Assembly (NCBI GenBank): GCA_052092145.1
Contig: JBQDCW010000001.1
Coordinates: 181,360 to 245,359 of the forward strand
Origin: Sphingobacterium sp.
Lineage (GTDB): Bacteria > Bacteroidota > Bacteroidia > Sphingobacteriales > Sphingobacteriaceae
DNA length: 64,000 bases
Direction of reading: 5' to 3'
Part shown: piece by piece, positions 7,857-16,956 of the stretch
Layout: each line of letters starts with the position of its first letter
Numbering within the stretch: position 1 is the stretch's first letter
Translations under genes and position numbers: made by a program
The notes under the pieces: model-generated
Databases searched by the model: none
What the model was told of the DNA's origin: nothing
The model's input: the letters and a program-made list of their open reading frames with translations, nothing else

Positions 7857-7893
7857 AATTTATTAAAAGCAATCTTGTTGCATTTAATAAATT
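7857..7893. promoter_or_regulatory. 11-bp perfect inverted repeat AATTTATTAAA-N15-TTTAATAAATT upstream of 7927 gene
   Basis: Read directly, with arms at 7857-7867 and 7883-7893. It ends 34 nt before the ATG at 7927, in the ZIP/DUF3299-like divergent region. Confidence 0.3.
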
Positions 7894-7926
7894 ACACTAA
7901 CTTTGAGAGTCATTAAAGTTTAAGTT

Positions 7927-8421
7927 ATGCCAGAAATATTCTCGAAAATAGCGCTGATGTTACCCTTTATTCTAACCTTTCAGTTTACACTGGGACAGAC
8001 CCCGTCTTCGGCAGAACATATCACGGAGCACAAACCGCTGATGAACGAAACATGGGAGACCTTCGATCTTTTGATGTATAAGGTGGAAACAAAACAGGGT
8101 AAGAAAACGTATACCCCTTATTTTCCTCCCGCTCTCGCGGACCTGGGCGGAAAACAAGTCACTATTCAGGGTTATCTTATTCCCATCCAGAGTGGATTCC
8201 GGCACAACAGATTTCTACTATCGGTGTTGCCTATACATCAATGTATGTTTTGCGGAACTGACGGGATACCAGCAATGGTTGAGGTAACGCTCGCAAATAA
8301 TAAAAAGGAAAGAATTTCGGAAAAGCCAATCTCTATTCGTGGAAAAGTAATCTTAAATAGTACAGATCGCACGCGCGTTGAAATCTTGCTGGATCAATCA
8401 GAAAAAATACAAGGACGTTAA
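7927..8421 (+). CDS. Secreted hypothetical protein, DUF3299-like
   Basis: 164-aa ORF with a signal peptide. The segment GKQVTIQGYLIPIQ...FLLSVLPIHQCMFCG...MVEV resembles the G-x-V-x-I-x-G-(F/Y)-x-x-P ... FLL ... C pattern I associate with DUF3299. Confidence 0.45.
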   Translation: MPEIFSKIALMLPFILTFQFTLGQTPSSAEHITEHKPLMNETWETFDLLMYKVETKQGKKTYTPYFPPALADLGGKQVTIQGYLIPIQSGFRHNRFLLSVLPIHQCMFCGTDGIPAMVEVTLANNKKERISEKPISIRGKVILNSTDRTRVEILLDQSEKIQGR

Positions 8422-8819
8422 ATTGATGTCTGTCCATAGCGTATCTTTTGGCTAACATCAATCCTTAGGCTCTTTACTGAGTTAGCAGGTTATATCTTTT
8501 TGTCATCTCACTGTTGACGGTCACGTGGTTTTAAGGGAATGGTATGAGTGCAGCGTTTCACGCTGACATCGGCAGTAAAATGAATGAATAAACCCTAAAA
8601 AGTCGATTTGAGAAATGCCGGGATTTCAATTTTCTCGTTCGTTTATTACGTTATTTCAAAGAAATGTGGAAATAATTTCAAAATAAATTAAGTTTTTCTT
8701 GGTTTTATATTCTGGTTACTTTATTATTGTCTACTGAACTTGTAGACTATAGAAAAAACACTTGGGTTCACGTACAAAAACCGCCCCCGTTTATGGGGAA
8801 ATATAGAGCGTAATCACCT

Positions 8820-9680
8820 ATGGATAAATTAAAATTAAAGCATATTTCAATAATTATCGTCAGCCTAAAACTGCTACTTATTGCCGTTGTTGTCTACAAT
8901 TATCTTCCGAATGCCTCCGCCGTGGATCTTACTTTTAACGACACGTTCTTTTGGTTTATACTCGCTGGATTTCTGGCACAAATGGTCGATGGGGCTTTAG
9001 GAATGGCCTACGGGGTAACATCAACCTCGATTTTATTAAGCTTTGGACTTTCCCCAAAATTAGCGTCTGCTGCAGTCCACACGTCGGAGGTTTTTACCAC
9101 TGGGGTTTCGGGGCTTTCACATATACGGTTCGGAAATATAGACAAGAAGCTTTTTTTTAAATTGGTCATACCTGGTGTAATCAGTGCATCAATTGGGGCA
9201 TTTCTTTTGGGGTCGGTGATTGATGGGAATGTGATCAAACCCTATATCAATGTGTATCTGCTCATACTGGGGCTTATGATTTTGGCAAAAGCTTTTAAGA
9301 AAAGCATAGAACCAAAAGAAAACACGAAAAACGCACCTGTTTTAGCTTTATTTGGAGGATTCCTAGATTCTATCGGCGGTGGCGGATGGGGTCCCATTGT
9401 GACATCCAACTTAATTCGACAGGGAAATACACCTAATATTGTTATTGGGACTGTGAACACCGTTGAATTCTTTGTTACTTTTTTCAGTGCCGGGATCCTA
9501 ATTTATTTTACGGGTATCCACAGCTGGCAGATTATTTTAGGATTAATCATCGGAGGGACATTAGCCGCTCCACTGGGCGCCTATTTAGCCAAAAAGATTT
9601 CAAGAAAACTATTGTTTATTTTGGTGGGAGTTATGATCGTGATTACTTCCAGTTATTCGCTATGGCAAGTGCTTTCTTAG
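8820..9680 (+). CDS. TSUP (TauE/SafE) family anion exporter
   Basis: 286-aa polytopic ORF with two internally similar halves and glycine-rich helices (GALGMAYGV, GGFLDSIGGGGWGPI), typical of TauE/SafE. Confidence 0.8.
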   Translation: MDKLKLKHISIIIVSLKLLLIAVVVYNYLPNASAVDLTFNDTFFWFILAGFLAQMVDGALGMAYGVTSTSILLSFGLSPKLASAAVHTSEVFTTGVSGLSHIRFGNIDKKLFFKLVIPGVISASIGAFLLGSVIDGNVIKPYINVYLLILGLMILAKAFKKSIEPKENTKNAPVLALFGGFLDSIGGGGWGPIVTSNLIRQGNTPNIVIGTVNTVEFFVTFFSAGILIYFTGIHSWQIILGLIIGGTLAAPLGAYLAKKISRKLLFILVGVMIVITSSYSLWQVLS

Positions 9681-9817
9681 CGCGTGTTTTCCTTGTTCCA
9701 TTGATGAAAACAGCAGGAATTATTTGGTTAAAGTAGATTCCAGTCATTGAACCGGTACTCATAATTTTTCGTAGGTTTGTTTAGCATTTAGCTATTCTAA
9801 TCCCATCTAAACTCGAT

Positions 9818-10819
9818 ATGACAAATATACTTATAGTTGGTATTGGCGGTGTCGGCGGCTACTTTGGCGGACTGCTATGCCATGCATTTAAGGAGCATCC
9901 TACTATTCAAATTCATTTTTTGTCTCGCGGTACAAATTTAAAAATTATCGAATCTTCGGGACTTGAGATTACCTCAAAAGATGGACATCTTATAGCGCAC
10001 CCCGCAAGTATCACCGATAATCCCGCGACACTAGGTCCCACAGTAGACTACGTTATGCTGTGTACCAAAAGTTATGATCTCCAAGCAACGCTACAAAGTT
10101 TGAAACCATGTATAAATGACCGGACTGTTTTTCTCCCCTTACTCAATGGTGTTGATAGCAGATCCAGAATCCACGATCTTTTTCCTGACAACTTAGTGAC
10201 CGATGGCTGTGCTAATGTTGTGTCTAGGTTGGTCTCTCCTGGTAAAATTGAGCGTTATTCCGATTTTCAAAAGGTTCATTTCGGACTTCAGCATCGCCAC
10301 GATGAGCGATTGGATAGGCTGTTGAAAATCTTAAAAGAAGCGAATATCGATGCCACTTTGACGATAGATATCGAAAAGGCTATTTGGTCGAAATTTATTT
10401 TTATCTCCTCAGCGGCGGCTGTAACTACGTATTTCAATGCTACGTTTGATCAAATCGCCGATAATCCGGATTACTATGGTTATCTGTCCGAGGCAATTGA
10501 TGAGATTATAACATTAGCGAAAAACAAAAACATCGATTTGTCCTCACGCATTAAGGAGGACACTTTGCAAATGTTTCGGGGAGCACCCGAAGGATCGACT
10601 ACCTCGATGCACAGCGACTTTACAAACCAGAAAGAGAAAAAAGGTAAGGCTAAGACAGAATTAGACTCCCTTGTCGGTTATGTCATCCGGGAGGCCAATA
10701 AATATAAAATAGCGACCCCGACTTACGCAAAGATATTTGAAAGTTTAGTCTCGCAGGAGGAATACATGGGTGATATGGACAGCGCACCAGGAACATCGAG
10801 CAGGAAACCCAGCCGTTAA
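9818..10819 (+). CDS. Ketopantoate reductase (ApbA/PanE) family oxidoreductase
   Basis: 333-aa ORF with the N-terminal Rossmann motif ILIVGIGGVGGYFGGLL and a C-terminal helical domain containing STTSMHSDF. Confidence 0.75.
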   Translation: MTNILIVGIGGVGGYFGGLLCHAFKEHPTIQIHFLSRGTNLKIIESSGLEITSKDGHLIAHPASITDNPATLGPTVDYVMLCTKSYDLQATLQSLKPCINDRTVFLPLLNGVDSRSRIHDLFPDNLVTDGCANVVSRLVSPGKIERYSDFQKVHFGLQHRHDERLDRLLKILKEANIDATLTIDIEKAIWSKFIFISSAAAVTTYFNATFDQIADNPDYYGYLSEAIDEIITLAKNKNIDLSSRIKEDTLQMFRGAPEGSTTSMHSDFTNQKEKKGKAKTELDSLVGYVIREANKYKIATPTYAKIFESLVSQEEYMGDMDSAPGTSSRKPSR

Positions 10820-10859
10820 TCGGTTGCGCTTCACTACAGAATTTCCAGTCAATATTTGC

Positions 10860-10891
10860 CAGATGGAGAAACTTCCATCTGTTTCATTTTT
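10860..10891 (+). terminator. Rho-independent terminator
   Basis: 8-bp perfect stem CAGATGGA / TCCATCTG with a 6-nt loop, then TTTCATTTTT. It lies 41 nt after the stop at 10819. Confidence 0.75.
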
Positions 10892-11091
10892 AAATAGCCA
10901 TGCAGTGACTGATCTGACCTCACCGATAGCACTTCTGTTAGGTAATTTTGTGGATTAAGATACCGCAATACCGCCGGTGATGCAGACGCGCCTCAGGGCC
11001 GGCATTCATTGAAAGTTTGGAAGAACGGACGATCGCTTGAAAAACGGGTAAGGGGGATGTCCCGGCCGGTAACATACCGAAGCTCAGGTAC

Positions 11092-11120
11092 AAAAAAGCA
11101 GTCCAGTTTATCTGGACTGC
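11092..11120 (-). terminator. Rho-independent terminator of the acyl-CoA dehydrogenase gene
   Basis: On the minus strand: GCAGTCCAG-ataaa-CTGGACTGC followed by TTTTTT. It lies 22 nt downstream of the stop at 11142. Confidence 0.8.
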
Positions 11121-11141
11121 TGAATGTCATAATGTATTGAT

Positions 11142-12653
11142 TTAAGAGGAGATCGCTCCCATCCAATCCGCGTTTTCCTGATACTCTAAAATCGGGTCAG
11201 CCTGCAATTTACTATGGAATTGACCTGCAAGTTTAGAAAGATCCATATGGATATGTTGACGCGTGATCTCGACGAGTTGTTGATTGAATCCCGCTTCACT
11301 CATTGAGGTGACGAATTGAAAGCTAATCACGCGGGCAATCATTCGTCCAAGGGTAACCAAATCACGTTGTTTTATATTATCCTCTAAATCGATGTCCAAT
11401 TGCGTAGGAAAAAAATGAGCAGTCGATTGTGTAAGACCATAATTTTTCAAAAACTTCAGTAGATTTTTTTCTTTGCTTCGGCGCATTAACTTAAAAATCG
11501 ATTCAGCGACTTGGGAGTAGAGCATCTCATTGGAACCCTCAAATATTTGAAACGGCCTGCTATCGACCACTCCCCTTCCCGCAATATGATCTAGCCGATA
11601 GCCATTTGCACCGGCTAATTGAAGTGCTGTTTGAGCGGCTTCATGCATTAAATCCGTAACCAAAGCTTTTACACTATTGGCATCAACAGCATGCCCTGAA
11701 AGATCAAAATCAATGGAACTAACCGCCGTGCTGTAGGCGCACATACCAGAACACAAAGTGTAGGCAGCTTGTAACCTCGATAATTGAAATTTAACGGAGT
11801 CAAGTTCGTTTAGGCGAAGTCCAGCCACACGACGTTCCCGACAATGCTGGAGTGATTCATCGAGCAAGCGTTTGATGAATCCCATTCCCATTCCAGGAAA
11901 TTGAAGGCGGCTACGATGCAACGTATCCAACATTAATTTAATACCGATACTCTCGGGTTTTAACTTATGTTCCACCGGAACTTCAATATCGATCTCATTA
12001 ACGCCGTAAGGAATGGCGTACAACCCCAGGCTATTGTAGCGATGGCTGACGTCAATTTTCTGCTCGGCTTGTGAATCATCGGTCATAAAGAAGTCAATGT
12101 CACGTGCCAAATCGCCGTTCTCGTTTCGTTTTCTGGCGGTTACCAACCAATAATCCGCTGCGCCTGTCAATCCTTGCCAATGTTTTTGTCCTTTTATTTT
12201 GTAAGAACTCCCTTGAAGGTTGTAAGCGGTTTGCATATTTAACGCATCACTACCATACGCCTTCTCTGTAATCATTAGCCCGCCCATGGCTTTCTCTTCC
12301 AAAAAGCGCCTAAAGACGTTATCCTTAACGCTAGCCTCGCCGTATTTGGCAAAAGGTTCGATGAAAAGTGCGATGTTAATGCCAAAGATTAACGACAATG
12401 ATAGGGATTCGTAGGACGCTGCAGAGAGGACTCCCAGACATTCTTTAACCAAAGAACCTCTTCCACCATGAATGGATGGGATCGCCACTGACAATGGTTT
12501 TAAGTCCATAATTTCACTGAGAAACCCAGACGGTAGGCCTCGCTCAAGGCTTAATGCGTTGTAATCGTATTTGGTGTTGAACAAATAGGAAAGCTTTTCC
12601 CTCATCGAAGAAAGGAAGGTTTCAAAATCCGTTTGTTCCAAAACATTAATCAT
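11142..12653 (-). CDS. Acyl-CoA dehydrogenase family protein (long form)
   Basis: 503-aa ORF with ACAD signatures MITEKAYGSD, YWLVTAR and the C-terminal QIFEGSNEMLY. Confidence 0.8.
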   Translation of the reverse strand: MINVLEQTDFETFLSSMREKLSYLFNTKYDYNALSLERGLPSGFLSEIMDLKPLSVAIPSIHGGRGSLVKECLGVLSAASYESLSLSLIFGINIALFIEPFAKYGEASVKDNVFRRFLEEKAMGGLMITEKAYGSDALNMQTAYNLQGSSYKIKGQKHWQGLTGAADYWLVTARKRNENGDLARDIDFFMTDDSQAEQKIDVSHRYNSLGLYAIPYGVNEIDIEVPVEHKLKPESIGIKLMLDTLHRSRLQFPGMGMGFIKRLLDESLQHCRERRVAGLRLNELDSVKFQLSRLQAAYTLCSGMCAYSTAVSSIDFDLSGHAVDANSVKALVTDLMHEAAQTALQLAGANGYRLDHIAGRGVVDSRPFQIFEGSNEMLYSQVAESIFKLMRRSKEKNLLKFLKNYGLTQSTAHFFPTQLDIDLEDNIKQRDLVTLGRMIARVISFQFVTSMSEAGFNQQLVEITRQHIHMDLSKLAGQFHSKLQADPILEYQENADWMGAISS

Positions 12654-12790
12654 AGTATTTTTAAAATTTATTGTTCTAAACGTTGCCTCGATCGCGAATT
12701 TTTCTCCTTTGTGTATGTGTTATTGCTGCCACTAAGTCATCGATATAAACGGTATCCAATTGGCTACACAAGGACCGGTGCATGCGATTC

Positions 12791-12814
12791 TTTCAATCAA
12801 TATAGTGATTGAAA
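12791..12814. promoter_or_regulatory. 9-bp perfect inverted repeat TTTCAATCA-N6-TGATTGAAA
   Basis: Read directly. It lies between the AraC stop (12920) and the ACAD start (12653). No T-run on either strand. Confidence 0.3.
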
Positions 12815-12919
12815 TGATAATAACAACCAATATATACAAATATCGCAGGTTATTAACAATTAGCGGTATTTGAATTTGTACAATAACTAGGACAAATCGT
12901 GCATTTCGAAAACAGCTGC

Positions 12920-13786
12920 TTAACTGGTTGATTCTCGATAGGCCGAGGGCGACATACCGACCAGTTTCTTAAAGATGCGAGCAAAATAAGAGGGGTCTGC
13001 AAAATCAAGCTCATAGGCGATATCCCCGACACTTTTCGTGGATTCAACGAGCAGTAGCTGGGCGTGCATAACCAGCACCTCTAATATAAGTTCCTTCGAC
13101 GACTTTTTAAAAACGGACGATACACAGCGGTTGAGATAATTGACCGATACTGCAAGTCGATCTGCATAGAAATCCAGCCGTTTCTCGAGTTGGAAGTTTT
13201 TATGCACCAACTGCTTGAATCTTAAAGCGATCTCTTGTCTTCGGGTGAATTTTTTATTGTGCTCGGACAGCTTGATCACCTTGAGTAAAACGGATTTCAG
13301 TAAACTGTCAGACAATTCCCGATAAGGGTTTTGGTCATGAATCTCGCTATAGAGTTGCTGTAACAAATGGTGCAATTCCTGGCTTTCTTGCTTCGAGAGA
13401 TTCAGTAACGGTGTAATGCTGAATATATTCAATATCTCTTGTTCGCGAAATAACGACGTCATCGCATTGTCGTTGATTAGAATACAATGTCCTTGCGCTA
13501 ATTTGTCGACTGAATTGATAGCCGAAATATTGCCATAGTTACTGATCAGCACAGATGGCGCCTGAACCGTGTAGACATCGGGACCGATTTGGTGCTTGAA
13601 ATATCCTTGAGTGAGGTGAACCAATAAATTGTAGCCGAAAAATATGGGCGGAATCGGAATCTTAAGATGGGGGGCGATTTCACTTAAACGGAATATCTTG
13701 ACCGGTGAGTGTGTATGTTTGAGGTGTTCAAGACTACCAGACATAAACCGGTTCACAAATTCGTCTGCATTTACCTGTTTATCCAT
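12920..13786 (-). CDS. AraC-family transcriptional regulator
   Basis: 288-aa ORF with the C-terminal double HTH LAVSVNYLNRCVSSVFKKSSKE ... YELDFADPSYFARIFKKLVGMSPSAYR. Confidence 0.9.
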   Translation of the reverse strand: MDKQVNADEFVNRFMSGSLEHLKHTHSPVKIFRLSEIAPHLKIPIPPIFFGYNLLVHLTQGYFKHQIGPDVYTVQAPSVLISNYGNISAINSVDKLAQGHCILINDNAMTSLFREQEILNIFSITPLLNLSKQESQELHHLLQQLYSEIHDQNPYRELSDSLLKSVLLKVIKLSEHNKKFTRRQEIALRFKQLVHKNFQLEKRLDFYADRLAVSVNYLNRCVSSVFKKSSKELILEVLVMHAQLLLVESTKSVGDIAYELDFADPSYFARIFKKLVGMSPSAYRESTS

Positions 13787-13979
13787 AAAAATCGGATCAA
13801 AAATCGTTTAAAATTAACACATATTTTTGACTAAAGGAAGCGTTACTAGCAATTAGCGAGGTGTCTGGATTCAGAATTCTTGACGAGTTATCCTATAGTC
13901 AACCGGTAGCGGGCTATCGAATTGGTAGGGTGATCTCCCCTATCTGATACCTACAGTTTCCTGTGAAAATATTTTATCT

Positions 13980-13996
13980 TTGAGCAATTTGCTCAA
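13980..13996. promoter_or_regulatory. 17-bp perfect palindrome TTGAGCAA-T-TTGCTCAA upstream of the MATE gene
   Basis: Read directly. It ends 6 nt before the TTG at 14002 and 27 nt before the ATG at 14023. Confidence 0.4.
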
Positions 13997-14001
13997 CCCT
14001 G

Positions 14002-15342
14002 TTGGCTGTTACTGAAAGTCAAATGATCCTGAAAAACTACCGTAGAATACTAAAACTAGCTGTACCGATTATACTGGCTAACGCCTCGGTACCTCTTTTA
14101 GGTATTGCCGACACTGCTGCAATCGGACAGACCGGGGCAGCCATTGATTTAGGAGCGATTGCCTTGTCGTCCCTTATTTTTAATTTCGTGTATTGGGGCT
14201 TTGGCTTTTTGAGAATGGGAACAACTGGTTTCATTTCCCAAGCGATGGGAGCAAAAGATCAGGATGAAGTTCATGCTTTACTGTTTCGAGCGGTCCTTTT
14301 AGGGTTAACTATTGGGCTTATATTGATCGTTCTACAACAGATTATCGGTGAGTTTGCGATTCATTTACTCAAGGCGAGCGATGAAATTAAATCGCTGGTT
14401 CGAGACTATTTTTTTATTCGTATTTGGGGCGCACCGGCTACGCTGATAACCTTTACCCTACTCGGGACGTTTATTGGTGCGGGCTGGACCAGACACTTGT
14501 TAGTCGTACAACTGTTTCTCAACGGTTTGAATATTTTGTTAAACGTGTGGCTTGTTGTAGGATTTAATATGGGCGTTCAGGGAATAGCCTTGGGAACCCT
14601 AATAGCGGAGTGGTCAACTGTTTTTTTTGCGACTTTTCTACTGCTGAAAAAATTAGAAATGCAGCGAGTTGCCACTCGTTTTCACGCTTTATATAAAAGG
14701 ATTTTTAATAGAGAAAAGATTTTAAGTCTGATACGAGTGAATGCAGATATTATGATCCGTACGCTAGCGCTATTAAGCGGATTCGCTTGGTTCGCCAATC
14801 AGGGAGCTGAATTCGGTGACACCATTTTGGCTGCAAATCATGTGCTGCTTCAGTTCGTATCGCTTTCGGCCTTTTTCCTGGATGGATATGCCCACGTCGC
14901 TGAGATGCTTACCGGTAAAGCCTACGGCGCTAAAGATCGGCTATCTTTTTCCCGGGAAGTGAAAGATTCGTCCATTTTAGCTGGCGCGACTGCGTTAGTC
15001 TTGGCCATTGGAATTTTTGGTTTTGGAGATCTCCTTATTTCTTTGCTCAGTCAAGATGTTGGCGTACAGCAGGTGGCATCCGAACATCTCCTATACGCAG
15101 CGATCTATATTGGACTTTCATTTGCGGCATTTCAACTCGATGGCGTATTTATTGGGATCACAAAAAGTACGGAGATGCGAAACGCAACAATTCTGGCGTT
15201 ACTTGTGTTTATTACCGCCGCCTATATTCTGACACCCCACTATGGGAATGTAGGGCTTTGGATTAGTTTTATTATTTATGTCGTCGCTCGCGCGATTATG
15301 TTGGGAGCGTATTATCCGGGAATATTACGCAAAATGCTGTAA
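14002..15342 (+). CDS. MATE-family efflux transporter
   Basis: 446-aa polytopic (about 12 TM) ORF with the N-terminal ILKLAVPIILANASVPLLGIADTAAIG typical of MATE/DinF. The track start is TTG; an in-frame ATG at 14023 is equally possible. Confidence 0.9.
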   Translation: MAVTESQMILKNYRRILKLAVPIILANASVPLLGIADTAAIGQTGAAIDLGAIALSSLIFNFVYWGFGFLRMGTTGFISQAMGAKDQDEVHALLFRAVLLGLTIGLILIVLQQIIGEFAIHLLKASDEIKSLVRDYFFIRIWGAPATLITFTLLGTFIGAGWTRHLLVVQLFLNGLNILLNVWLVVGFNMGVQGIALGTLIAEWSTVFFATFLLLKKLEMQRVATRFHALYKRIFNREKILSLIRVNADIMIRTLALLSGFAWFANQGAEFGDTILAANHVLLQFVSLSAFFLDGYAHVAEMLTGKAYGAKDRLSFSREVKDSSILAGATALVLAIGIFGFGDLLISLLSQDVGVQQVASEHLLYAAIYIGLSFAAFQLDGVFIGITKSTEMRNATILALLVFITAAYILTPHYGNVGLWISFIIYVVARAIMLGAYYPGILRKML

Positions 15343-15437
15343 TCGGGATCGCCCGAGTGTTTTCCCTAAAACGCACTAGCCAGCGGGGCTAAGCGAGTTT
15401 CAGGGAAGACGGACGAGATTTTTGGCTAACGGAGCCG

Positions 15438-16937
15438 CTAGTCGTTGGGTGTTCTGGGTTTACTTGCGGGTCGCATTGCGAGTGGTGCGGGTTGCTGATC
15501 CAGGATGGTTTTTAATCGTTGAAAAGCGGGATGGTCCATGCGCCAAATGTTTTCTTTTTCAATGAGCTCATCTTGATATTCGTATAGTTCGTAAACAGTC
15601 TCCCCTTTTCCATCCATGGGTGTCCATTCGATCAATCGGTATTTTGAGTCGCGAATAGCGCGGCCCAACATGCCATCCCGGGGAAAACAATGGTATACAA
15701 ATTCGCGGAAGTCAGCACCGGGCGTATCGAAAAGGGGCCGAGCGCTCTGACCATCCCAAGGTTGCTCAACATTGGGGGTGGGTAGTCCACATAATTCCAC
15801 CAAGGTCGGATAAATATCGACAGTTTCGATCAACTCTTTATTATTACCTAGATTCGTTTTTGAATCTGGATGATGTATAATTAACGGGATGCGATTGGCC
15901 AATTCGTAATTAACATGCTTGGTCCACATGCCCATTTCTCCGAGCAAGTAGCCATGATCACCCCAAACCACCACAATCGTGTTTTTGTCTAAACCGCTTT
16001 GTTTTAGTTGATCCAATACCTTTCCAATTTGTGCATCCACATAACTGACCCCCGCATAATACCCATGAATTAGCTTTCGAGTCAGTGAGTCGGGAAATGG
16101 GTCTGCTTGCTGGGCGGAGGGTATACCTTTGTATTGCAGAATTTCGCCATCTCGTTTTACGGCAAATGGTGGAGCTGATGCGGGGTTTTTCTGATTTTTT
16201 GGAATTGGGATTTCCGCGCGATCATATAGATCCCAATATTTTTTCGGGACCGTAAAGGGTAGATGTGGGCGCGCGAAACCTACCGCCAAAAAGAAAGGTT
16301 GTTCACGACCGGCCAGGGTATCCAATCGTTTTGCTGCACGAATCGCAACCCGTCCATCAGCATAGGTCTCGTCCGGTACGTCTAAACGTTCCCAGGCGGG
16401 TCCCTTTTCCAATTTGTTTGCCTCGCTCCAGGGTACATTCCCAAAAAGTGCTTCTTCCCGGGTTTGTCCTTGGTGGGTTTTGTCCGCGTATTCGACAACG
16501 AAATCATAATGATGTGGGACCGACCACGACTGCTCGTCATTGTAGGTGTTGTGGCCCACATGAAAGACTTTTCCAATCGCCTCGGTATGATAGCCTTCCT
16601 GCAGAAAATGCTCAGGCAATGTGACTGCATTTGGATACGCCTCCCTGAACGCCCGTCCGAAATCATATAGGCCAGTGGAGGTTGAACGTGAACCGAGCAA
16701 CAAATTGTAGCGCGAAGCGACACAAACGGCCTGATTGGTGTAGGCTCGTTCGAATACATGACTTTGTTTGCCTAAGGCGTCTAATACTGGGGTCCGCGCA
16801 AGTTTATCACCGTAGACACCCATGGTCGGTCGAAGGTCGTCCACCAATATAAGAAGAACGTTATAATTCTTGTTCGTTTGCGCGTTAAGCTGTGAAACGC
16901 AGAACAGAAATAGCGCAAATAATAATGTTTTAATCAT
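15438..16937 (-). CDS. Family S1 sulfatase, iduronate-2-sulfatase-like
   Basis: 499-aa ORF with a signal peptide. LLILVDDLRPTMGVYGD and QAVCVASRYNLLLGSR (a C-x-A-x-R formylglycine motif) closely parallel the human IDS N-terminus as I remember it. GDHGYLLGE is also present. Confidence 0.9.
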   Translation of the reverse strand: MIKTLLFALFLFCVSQLNAQTNKNYNVLLILVDDLRPTMGVYGDKLARTPVLDALGKQSHVFERAYTNQAVCVASRYNLLLGSRSTSTGLYDFGRAFREAYPNAVTLPEHFLQEGYHTEAIGKVFHVGHNTYNDEQSWSVPHHYDFVVEYADKTHQGQTREEALFGNVPWSEANKLEKGPAWERLDVPDETYADGRVAIRAAKRLDTLAGREQPFFLAVGFARPHLPFTVPKKYWDLYDRAEIPIPKNQKNPASAPPFAVKRDGEILQYKGIPSAQQADPFPDSLTRKLIHGYYAGVSYVDAQIGKVLDQLKQSGLDKNTIVVVWGDHGYLLGEMGMWTKHVNYELANRIPLIIHHPDSKTNLGNNKELIETVDIYPTLVELCGLPTPNVEQPWDGQSARPLFDTPGADFREFVYHCFPRDGMLGRAIRDSKYRLIEWTPMDGKGETVYELYEYQDELIEKENIWRMDHPAFQRLKTILDQQPAPLAMRPASKPRTPND

Positions 16938-16956
16938 CCTATCAGTATTCTTTAGG

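Noticed and set aside
7734-8532. Exact 12-mer TCACGTGGTTTT present in both intergenic regions flanking the DUF3299-like gene (7734-7745 and 8521-8532)
   Set aside because: On the order of a hundred identical 12-mer pairs are expected by chance within a 64-kb window. There is no additional symmetry or surrounding conservation.
8515-8640. Possible cobalamin riboswitch upstream of the TSUP gene (GGT...AAGGGAAtGGT...GCTGAC..CGGCAGTAAA)
   Set aside because: There is only a superficial resemblance. The highly conserved CCCGCAACTGTAA-type core and the GCCACTG B12 box are not present. A TauE/SafE gene is also not a typical B12-regulated target.
16265-16759. Overlapping 119-aa (+) and 125-aa (-) alternative-frame ORFs inside the sulfatase gene
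   Set aside because: The sulfatase frame carries unmistakable family motifs along its full length. The alternative frames give Arg/Pro-rich, low-plausibility peptides typical of off-frame translation.
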